A stretch of DNA of 64,000 nt, from IMG/VR virus record IMGVR_UViG_3300027749_000040, positions 96,001-160,000 of that record; one strand, written 5' to 3'. The translations under genes were made by a program, and so were the position numbers. The notes beneath the pieces are model-generated. The model was given only the letters and a program-made list of their open reading frames with translations, ran no database searches and was not told the origin of the DNA. This document shows, one piece after another, positions 56,413 through 64,000 of the stretch (within the stretch, counting starts at the first letter, position 1; each line of letters starts with the position of its first letter). This DNA is from a virus.

Positions 56413-56895
56413 ATGACAAAAAAATTGCAAGAACTTTTTGATCTTCCTGAAAACAATGATAGAGGATTGACTCTTTCCATGCCAGAAAATGCTGAAGAAA
56501 TAACCAGTGAAGCACTTAATACATTAGAGAAGATTGAGAACGCATTACCCCAGGTAAGAGGATTAGAGGTGGCTGATAATGAGATGGATGAATTAGCAAG
56601 TATGGCTACCTCAAGCTACAAAGACTTAATGGATTTGGGTATGCAAGTTGACAGTCGTTTTGCTAGTGAAATATTCAATAGTGCGGGAACAATGTTAGGC
56701 CATGCTATTACAGCTAAAACAGCAAAGATTAATAAAAAATTAAAAATGCTTGATTTACAGCTTAAAAAAGCTGGTCTAGATCAAAAAATTGCTGGAAAAA
56801 CTGAAGAAATTGAAGCTACTCCGTTAGGCGAGGGCAAGAGTCTAGACCGCAATGAACTGCTTAAGATGTTGGCTGCTAAAACAGACGATAAATGA
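56413..56895 (+). CDS. Probable terminase small subunit (T4 gp16-like)
   Basis: Size, central two-helix region (R..EIF), C-terminal DRNELLK; AATAAATA 56400-56407. Confidence 0.45.
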   Translation: MTKKLQELFDLPENNDRGLTLSMPENAEEITSEALNTLEKIENALPQVRGLEVADNEMDELASMATSSYKDLMDLGMQVDSRFASEIFNSAGTMLGHAITAKTAKINKKLKMLDLQLKKAGLDQKIAGKTEEIEATPLGEGKSLDRNELLKMLAAKTDDK

Positions 56896-56920
56896 TAAAT
56901 ACTGAATATAGGAATAAGAA

Positions 56921-57544
56921 ATGAAGAGCCTTAAACATTACATTGTAGAGAGTGTTCACACTTACAACTACACTATTAAAATTGCCGGAGAGGTCGACAA
57001 GAACTTCCTTGAGTTGTTTAAATATAACTTGAATAAATTTGACCCAGTTAAAATTAGTGAACCTACTAGCACGCCAATACAGAAATCACCATTTGGATTT
57101 CCTAATTTGAGTAATCAAAGTGTTACAATTTTAAAAGCAGAATTTCGCTATCCAGCGACTGAGCCAATGATTCAGCAGATTGCTCAATTGTTAGGTTATC
57201 AAGTTGATATGGTTCGTGTTGTTGGTACTGATTTTGATGATAGCATTGATAATGAACAGGTAGGCTATGCTAATGAAATGGATCACAATCCATTACTATT
57301 ACACCCTGAATTAGAAGAACAACCGGGTGCTAAAGAAGCAAGTAAAAATTATAGCGATTCATATTTGAAGTCTATACAGTCACAAGCAAAAAATTCTAAA
57401 ATTGATATACCTTATGCAGGTAAACAAACTCCTGATGCGTTTGATCCGTTCAAGCCATACTTGGATAATGATCCAAGAGGAATTAAAAGCCCAATGAGCA
57501 CAATCAAGCGACCTGCAAAGCCTGCAACTGGCGCAAGTAAATAA
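56921..57544 (+). CDS. Putative internal head protein
   Basis: MKSLKHYIVES resembles the T4 capsid-targeting sequence; GATAAATA upstream. Confidence 0.55.
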   Translation: MKSLKHYIVESVHTYNYTIKIAGEVDKNFLELFKYNLNKFDPVKISEPTSTPIQKSPFGFPNLSNQSVTILKAEFRYPATEPMIQQIAQLLGYQVDMVRVVGTDFDDSIDNEQVGYANEMDHNPLLLHPELEEQPGAKEASKNYSDSYLKSIQSQAKNSKIDIPYAGKQTPDAFDPFKPYLDNDPRGIKSPMSTIKRPAKPATGASK

Positions 57545-57559
57545 TTAAAGGAACATAAA

Positions 57560-60037
57560 ATGGATTTCAAAAGTTTAATATCACAACTAGACCAGTTGAA
57601 CGAAGCAGAAGGTACAACAGTACACAAAGGTACTTATGGTACAAGTTACGGCAAAGAAGATGTTCGTGACCAGTATGGTCACAAAATTGGCAAAATCAAT
57701 AAAGACGCAGAAGAAAAGAAAGATGCACCAAAAAAAGGGCGCGGCCGTCCTAAGAAAGGTGCTGATGAGACAGGTAAAGTTAAGAACTATGACTTCAGTG
57801 CATTTGGTGTTAACCAAGGCAAAGATGTTAAGCTACCAAAACACGACAAAAAGAAAACTACTAAACACAGTTTGAAAGAATATTTAGACCAATTAGAAAT
57901 TGCATTGAATGAAGCTGACCAGATTCAAATTAAACCAGCAAGTCAAATGCCTAAGAAACCTGGACAGCCAGGACAACCTGGTCAAACAACACAACCCGGT
58001 CAGCCACAGCAAGTAGCAGGTCAGCCACAGAAGCAAACGCAAGTTATTGCTCAAGGTGATAAGACATTAGGTACAGTTGACAATCCACAATTAGCTAATC
58101 AGATTAAACAATCTATTGGCAAGGGTGAAATGACACTAATGCCTGACCAAGAAATGGCAGAAGGCGATATCGGTAAGCACAACAATGCTACTACGGGCTT
58201 TGATGCACTAGTTCGTAAACTAACACCTAAGTACGGTAAAGAAGCCGCAACAAGAATTGCTGGTTCACAAATGAAAAAAATTAAAGAAGCTGAAATGCCA
58301 ACACATGATGGTGACATGGGCGCAGGATTAGGTGCTGGTCGTAGTCAGCAATTTGAAGCTAAAGACTTACCGGGCAAACAAGATAAATTAGATGTAGCAG
58401 AACCAAAAGGTAAGCTAGATGCTAAAGATTTCAAAGAATTGTCTAAGAAAAAGAAAGTGAAAGAAGGTATGAATACAAGATTAAAAGCCGCACGTCACAC
58501 AGGTAAGGCACATGCTCTTGGTAAACAAGGGTACAATTGTTCATATGACGATATGGAAGAATCAAGACACTATCATGAAGGCTACAAAGAAGGTCTAGAT
58601 GAATGCTATGGTCAAATGCCAATTCAAGGTTATGTTGGTGAGACAAATCCACCAGCAACATTACCTGGCATGGCAGATCAAGCTATGCGTGAGCCTGCTA
58701 TGGAAGACGATATGTATGAAATGGATAAAACTTCTTACATGAAGCAACAGGCTATCAAAACTCCAGGAGATACATTCAAAGCTTTTGGTCAAACTTTTAA
58801 AGATAAAGAAGTATTAGAAAGTCCATTTGCTTTTGAAGCATGGGATAAAGAATTAAATGCATTGCTAGAATCTAAAGCAGATGTTGCTGAAGGTATGACT
58901 GTTTCTATCAGCAAAGGTCAACAAGGTGCACCTGATTCAGTAAGTGTGTCAGCACAAGACGGTGAAGCTGACCAATTGTTAGGTATAATCAAATCAGCAG
59001 GCTTAGGCTTGTTTGGTGGCGATGACAACGGCGGCTACGGTGCCCCACAAGGCGGACAACCACAACACGGTGGTTTAGATGTTGTTGGTGACCATGATGG
59101 TATGATGGCATTGATTAAGAAAGTTGCAGGCGGTGAAGCTGGTAACGGAGACTATGCTGATGAAGTAGGTAGTGAAGAACATGGTCATGCTCATGAAGAA
59201 GGTTGTAATGAATGTGGTATGGCGTATGAGTCATGTGGATGTGATGATAAAGAAATGGTTGATGAAGTTGAATCAGAAGATCAAATGACTTATCAAATGG
59301 CTGAAGACAATCCACCGGATAGTGGCGCTGATAATACAAATGCGGAAATTGCAGATACTACACAAACTAATCAAGCGGCCGCTGAATATAATCCAAAGGA
59401 TGATGTTGATGAAGGCGCAGGCGGACCAGAAGCTAGTGAAGAACCAGAAGAGCCTATCGTTTCTGAAGCTGAAGATGAAACAGGTGAAGAAGCCGGTAAA
59501 GAAAAAATGACTGAAGGTAAATGTAAAAAATGTGATTGCGACCCTTGTAAATGTGACACCGTGTCAGAATCAAGTTTCTTTAGTCTTTACAAAAAGCTAG
59601 CAATGTTATCTGAAGAATCAACTAGCGAAAAAGATGACAAAGCTGAAAAAGCCGCTAAGAAAGTCGCCAAAGATATCGAATATGACGAAGGTCATAAAGG
59701 TAAAGATGATGACAAAGCTGAAGAAGCTGGCAAAAAAGTCAAAAAAGACATTGAGTACGATGACAAGAAAGACAAGAAAAAGATAGACGAGTGGGCAAAT
59801 GATGCGGGTCCAGGTAAATCTGCTTCTGATACGGCATTTGAAACTGATATTGATTTTATGATGAATGTTATCAGTGGAGGTTTAAACAAGCGTAAGCAAA
59901 CTGGTCAAACAACTATTCCTGTTATTGCAAGCCAATTGGGTAGACAAGTTGCTCGTAAAACAACAGATATTAACGAATCGGTTGAATATTCAAGTGATGC
60001 AGTTGCACAATGGAAAAAATTAGCTGGACTTAAATAA
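57560..60037 (+). CDS. Large acidic prohead-core/internal head protein
   Basis: Many (L/I/V/M)xE sites, QPGQ repeats, two Cys clusters, C-terminus WKKLAGLK. Confidence 0.55.
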   Translation: MDFKSLISQLDQLNEAEGTTVHKGTYGTSYGKEDVRDQYGHKIGKINKDAEEKKDAPKKGRGRPKKGADETGKVKNYDFSAFGVNQGKDVKLPKHDKKKTTKHSLKEYLDQLEIALNEADQIQIKPASQMPKKPGQPGQPGQTTQPGQPQQVAGQPQKQTQVIAQGDKTLGTVDNPQLANQIKQSIGKGEMTLMPDQEMAEGDIGKHNNATTGFDALVRKLTPKYGKEAATRIAGSQMKKIKEAEMPTHDGDMGAGLGAGRSQQFEAKDLPGKQDKLDVAEPKGKLDAKDFKELSKKKKVKEGMNTRLKAARHTGKAHALGKQGYNCSYDDMEESRHYHEGYKEGLDECYGQMPIQGYVGETNPPATLPGMADQAMREPAMEDDMYEMDKTSYMKQQAIKTPGDTFKAFGQTFKDKEVLESPFAFEAWDKELNALLESKADVAEGMTVSISKGQQGAPDSVSVSAQDGEADQLLGIIKSAGLGLFGGDDNGGYGAPQGGQPQHGGLDVVGDHDGMMALIKKVAGGEAGNGDYADEVGSEEHGHAHEEGCNECGMAYESCGCDDKEMVDEVESEDQMTYQMAEDNPPDSGADNTNAEIADTTQTNQAAAEYNPKDDVDEGAGGPEASEEPEEPIVSEAEDETGEEAGKEKMTEGKCKKCDCDPCKCDTVSESSFFSLYKKLAMLSEESTSEKDDKAEKAAKKVAKDIEYDEGHKGKDDDKAEEAGKKVKKDIEYDDKKDKKKIDEWANDAGPGKSASDTAFETDIDFMMNVISGGLNKRKQTGQTTIPVIASQLGRQVARKTTDINESVEYSSDAVAQWKKLAGLK

Positions 60038-60053
60038 TTAGTTCTGCACAAAA

Positions 60054-60081
60054 GTACCCGGCAATAGTCGGGTATTTTTTT
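60054..60081 (+). terminator. Rho-independent terminator
   Basis: GTACCCGGC-aata-GTCGGGTAT followed by a T-run. Confidence 0.88.
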
Positions 60082-60131
60082 GGCTATGTGTTTATATTAA
60101 AACGATAAATACTAAATAAGGTAGAATAGAT

Positions 60132-63100
60132 ATGAGCCAAAAAAATATTGACTTCGGGGCGTTTCCTGATGATCCATCAGCAGATGCGATAAGATCCGCA
60201 TTCCAAAAAGTACAAGATAACTTTGATGAAGTATATAGTGGTCTTACTAGTGCGTCTGTAAATTCAGTTAATAGATCCCAAGGTGCCGGCATCACTGTTA
60301 ATAGCCCTACCGGAAATGTAGTAGTAAGTGCAAACATTGCAAATGTCACAGTCCAATCACCTAATTTAATATTCGGCACTAGTTTATCAGTCTTAGCTAG
60401 TTCTGCGGTTTACACCTCATCTACTCAAGTACTGTATGTGGTTGTCCCCAATACATTCTCTATTGGAAATATAGTACTATCGGGCGACGCAAATGTAGGT
60501 GGTAATTTATCAGTAGGTGGAAATGTTAGTTTAGGAAATGTAGTAGCAGCCAATTACTTTATTGGATCAGGTAATAATTTAAGTAATATCCAAGGTGCTA
60601 ATGTTACGGGAACAGTCGCTCTTGCAACAACTGCGGGCACAGTGTCAACAAATGCTCAACCAAATATTACAAGTGTAGGCACATTAACATCTGTTAGTGT
60701 TTCCGGTAATTTAACCTCAGGTAATGCTAATTTGGGAAATGCAGTAACAGCTAATTACTTCATTGGATCAGGTAACAATTTAAGCAATATTCAAGCCGCA
60801 AATATAACTGGCACTGCCGCAAACTCAAACTATGCCGCATACGCCGGCGATGTGGTGAATGCATCACAATCAAATATAACTAGTGTTGGCACATTGACAG
60901 GCATATCTGTATCAGGTAATGCAAACATAGGTAACATTGGCACAAGTATAATAACAGCAATCGGTAATATCACCGGTGCTAATTTAGTAACAGGTGGATT
61001 GTTATCTGTTACGGGTAATGCAAACATAGGTAACATTGGCACAAGTATAATAACAGCAATCGGTAATATCACCGGTGCTAATTTAGTAACAGGTGGATTG
61101 TTATCTGTTACGGGTAATGCAAATGTTGGCAATGTTGGTACTACGGGTTTATATGCAACAACATTAAGTGCAACGGGTAATGCAAATGTTGGTAACATTG
61201 GTGCAATAGACGTAGTAGCAACAACACTAGCTGGTTCTTTAACAACAAACGCACAGCCAAATGTTACAAGTACGGGTACACTAACATCTATTTCTGTGTC
61301 AGGTAATGCAAACATAGGTAATATTGGCACAAGTATAATTACTGCAACCGGGAACATTACCGGTGCTAACTTAATAACAGGTGGGTTGCTATCTGTTATC
61401 GGTAATGCTACATTAGGTAATGTATCTGTTACGGGTAATTTAACAGCCGGTAATATTGTAGTTGATAGTATCGTTAATGGCAATAGTAATGTTGATATTA
61501 CTAACTCAAACGGTAATATTACAATGGGCGTTAATGGTAATGCCGATGTGTTTATTGCTACTGGCAGTGGAGTCATTGTCAATGGCACATTAAACGCAAG
61601 TACTAATATAACAACACCGCAATTAATTTCAAACATAGCAACAGGCACTGCTCCATTCATAGTGTCATCTACTACACAAGTTGCTAATTTAAGTGTAGCC
61701 ACTAGTGGTAGTGCAAATACTGCAGGTACTGTAACAACGAATTCTCAACCAAACATTACAAGTATTGGTAATTTATCTAGTTTAACAAGTAATGGCATAA
61801 TTGATTTTACCAATTCAACAAATGTGTCATTGGGAAGTAATACCATTGTTCATATCACCGGTGGAACGAACGGTCAAGTACTTGCAACTGATGGTTCAGG
61901 GAACCTTAACTGGACAACATATATTGGTTCACCTATTGCAGGAAATACCACAGAAGTACAATTTAAAGATACTAGTGGTAACTTGGGTGCAAGTGCTAAT
62001 TTTACATTTAACAAAACAACTAATACACTATCAGCAACGAATATTACTGGTACTACAGTAAGTCTAACTGGTAATGCTAATGTAGGCAATTTAGGTACAG
62101 GTAATATAGTTGCTTCCGGAGATGTCAACGGTGGTAATTTAGGTACCGGAGGAAATATCACTGCATCGGGTAACATTACCGGTGCATATATTTTAGGTAA
62201 CGGTAGTCAGTTATCGGGTTTGCCAAGTGGTACAGGTGTTGCTAACGGTACATCTAGTGTAACTGTTCCTACTACTAATGGTAATGTTGTCATTGCTTCC
62301 GCAGGAAATACTGTAGCAAATATTACAGGTACAGGTATAAATGTCGCAGGTACACTAAGTGCTAGTGGTAATGCCAACGTAGCTAATATTGGCGCGACAA
62401 ATGGCGTCTTCACTAATGTAAGTGGTAATGGATCAGCACTAACATCAATAACTGGTGGTAATGTAACCGGTGCAGTTTCATTTGCTACAACAGCTAATGC
62501 GGTAGCAGGAGCTAATGTAAGTGGTACAGTGTCAAGTGCAAATACTGCAGGTACTGTTACAACAAATGCTCAACCAAACATTACAAGTACAGGTACATTA
62601 ACTTCTCTATCTGTATCAGGTAATGCCAATGTAGGTAACATTGGTGCAACTAACGGTGTGTTCACGAATATTTCGGGTAACGGTTCATCATTAACTTCAT
62701 TAACTGGTGCAAGTATTACCGGACAAGTTTCTTACGCTAACATTGCTAACTCAGTAGCATTAGTAAATGTGTCAGGCGCAGGTAATATTGCATCTATTAA
62801 CATAAATGGCAATGCATCACAGATATTATATGGTAATGGCGTATTTGCGGCATCACCTGTAACTTATGACAATAGCAATGTAGCAACATTCCTTGCTAGT
62901 TATGGCAGTAACACAATCACTACAACAGGTAATGTTTCAGTTGGTAATATTATTGGTAATGGACAAGCGTTAACAGGTATTGCTGGTGCAAATGTTACAG
63001 GTCAAGTAGGTAATTCGTTAATATCTAGTACAGTATATACTAATGCTCAACCAAACATTACAAGCTTAGGAACATTAACAAGTTTAAGTTCAATCGGAAA

Positions 63101-64000
63101 CATTAATAGTGCTAACATTACCGGTAATCATTATGGTGCGGGTAATAACTTATCAAATATACAAGGTGCCAACGTAACGGGTGCAGTATCTAGTGCAAAT
63201 ACTGCAGGTACTGTCACAACAAATGCACAACCAAACATTACAAGTTTAGGAACACTAAGTTCACTAAGTGTCACTGGTAATGTGACTGGTGGTAACTTAA
63301 CAACTGGTGGATTGATTACTGCTACAGGTAACGCTAACGTAGGTAACTTAGGTACCGCACAATTAATAGCTACAGGTAATGTAGCACTGAGTGGAGCAAA
63401 TGTAAGTTTAGGTGCTGTTGCTAATTTAAAGATTACAGGTGGCACTGCAAACTACTTCTTACAAACTGATGGATCAGGTAATTTAACTTGGGCAACATCT
63501 AGTTCAACTGTTGCAGGGGCATTTACTTATACACAAGTAACTCCGACAACAACTTGGGTAATCAATCACAATTTAGGTTATCAATATGTTAACATTCAAG
63601 TTGTTGACAGTACTGGTAATAGTTTTACAGGTAGATATAATTATCCAACTGTTACATTCAATAACACAACTCATTGTACTGTAATATTTGATAGCGCACA
63701 AGCAGGTTATGCCGCTGTATCTTCAGGTGGTGGTAATGTTGGCCCAGCTGGCCCGGCAGCCACTATCGGTGGCTCAAATACACAAGTTCAATATAATAAT
63801 GCAGGTGTATTAGGTGGTTCATCTGCATTCACATTTAATAATTCAAGTAACTTAGTATCAATGACTTCATTGAGCATTAGTGCTAATGCTAATATTGGTA
63901 ACATTGGTACAGGCGGTGTGATTACCGCAACTGGTAACATTACTGGTGGTAATATCAGTGGTACATTATTAACAGGTACTCTGGCAACAGCAAGTCAACC
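60132..64000 (+). CDS. Long tail-fibre-like protein (3'-truncated by window; absent from the ORF track)
   Basis: Manual translation MSQKNIDFGAFPDDPSADAIRSAFQKVQDNF (gp9/10-like N-terminus); the same frame reads GTLLTGTLATASQP at the window end; many QPNITS.GTL and GNANVGN repeats; GATAAATA 60104-60111. Confidence 0.85.
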   Translation, partial: MSQKNIDFGAFPDDPSADAIRSAFQKVQDNFDEVYSGLTSASVNSVNRSQGAGITVNSPTGNVVVSANIANVTVQSPNLIFGTSLSVLASSAVYTSSTQVLYVVVPNTFSIGNIVLSGDANVGGNLSVGGNVSLGNVVAANYFIGSGNNLSNIQGANVTGTVALATTAGTVSTNAQPNITSVGTLTSVSVSGNLTSGNANLGNAVTANYFIGSGNNLSNIQAANITGTAANSNYAAYAGDVVNASQSNITSVGTLTGISVSGNANIGNIGTSIITAIGNITGANLVTGGLLSVTGNANIGNIGTSIITAIGNITGANLVTGGLLSVTGNANVGNVGTTGLYATTLSATGNANVGNIGAIDVVATTLAGSLTTNAQPNVTSTGTLTSISVSGNANIGNIGTSIITATGNITGANLITGGLLSVIGNATLGNVSVTGNLTAGNIVVDSIVNGNSNVDITNSNGNITMGVNGNADVFIATGSGVIVNGTLNASTNITTPQLISNIATGTAPFIVSSTTQVANLSVATSGSANTAGTVTTNSQPNITSIGNLSSLTSNGIIDFTNSTNVSLGSNTIVHITGGTNGQVLATDGSGNLNWTTYIGSPIAGNTTEVQFKDTSGNLGASANFTFNKTTNTLSATNITGTTVSLTGNANVGNLGTGNIVASGDVNGGNLGTGGNITASGNITGAYILGNGSQLSGLPSGTGVANGTSSVTVPTTNGNVVIASAGNTVANITGTGINVAGTLSASGNANVANIGATNGVFTNVSGNGSALTSITGGNVTGAVSFATTANAVAGANVSGTVSSANTAGTVTTNAQPNITSTGTLTSLSVSGNANVGNIGATNGVFTNISGNGSSLTSLTGASITGQVSYANIANSVALVNVSGAGNIASININGNASQILYGNGVFAASPVTYDNSNVATFLASYGSNTITTTGNVSVGNIIGNGQALTGIAGANVTGQVGNSLISSTVYTNAQPNITSLGTLTSLSSIGNINSANITGNHYGAGNNLSNIQGANVTGAVSSANTAGTVTTNAQPNITSLGTLSSLSVTGNVTGGNLTTGGLITATGNANVGNLGTAQLIATGNVALSGANVSLGAVANLKITGGTANYFLQTDGSGNLTWATSSSTVAGAFTYTQVTPTTTWVINHNLGYQYVNIQVVDSTGNSFTGRYNYPTVTFNNTTHCTVIFDSAQAGYAAVSSGGGNVGPAGPAATIGGSNTQVQYNNAGVLGGSSAFTFNNSSNLVSMTSLSISANANIGNIGTGGVITATGNITGGNISGTLLTGTLATASQ
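60915..61123 (+). repeat. Exact 99-bp in-frame tandem duplication
   Basis: 60915-61013 equals 61014-61112, plus an 11-bp partial third unit. Confidence 0.9.

Noticed and set aside
1318-63445. Many short antisense or alternate-frame ORFs in the track (for example 1318-1641, 8737-9084, 18478-18930, 38798-39340, 55903-56430, 60830-61702)
   Set aside because: They lie wholly or largely within well-supported genes, lack promoter/SD support, and mirror the codon bias of the real frame
1-64000. Stop-codon reassignment, inteins or introns in core genes
   Set aside because: Core genes translate full-length in the standard code at dense packing; TerL, helicase, UvsX and UvsW show no large insertions

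Overview
A 64-kb internal segment of a large, AT-rich, T4-related myovirus genome. A Gram-negative host is indicated by a spanin pair, and a beta/gamma-proteobacterial host is suggested by the IscA sequence. Recognisable core genes are TerL, gp32-like SSB, UvsX, UvsY, UvsW, primase, gp41-like helicase, a probable clamp-loader small subunit, neck gp13/gp14-like, tail terminator gp15-like, sheath, tube, head-completion nuclease gp4, a probable TerS, dNMP kinase, MazG, a Nudix hydrolase and two Asn/Gly/Thr-rich fibre genes (the last runs off the right edge). Interspersed are accessory enzymes (three radical SAM, a methyltransferase, an aminotransferase 3' end, three SGNH-like, two glycosyltransferase-like, IscA) and many putative capsid-internal proteins. 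Two promoter classes can be read directly: sigma70-type (TTGACA-17-TATAAT) and T4-late-type (nnTAAATA). Most notable observations: (1) about 16 late and 4 early genes start at or near the predicted +1 with no Shine-Dalgarno, implying widespread leaderless translation; (2) hairpins tie late promoters to start-codon or SD occlusion; (3) a 193-aa minimal DnaE-type polymerase core; (4) a candidate pseudoknot in the gp32 leader; (5) a 58-bp repeat giving the tube protein and its neighbour the same C-terminus; (6) repeated early promoter-leader cassettes. No tRNA, rRNA, CRISPR, integrase, IS element, reverse transcriptase, portal, major capsid protein or family-B polymerase was recognised in this window. 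All calls come from motif reading by eye; no database searches or folding programs were run.
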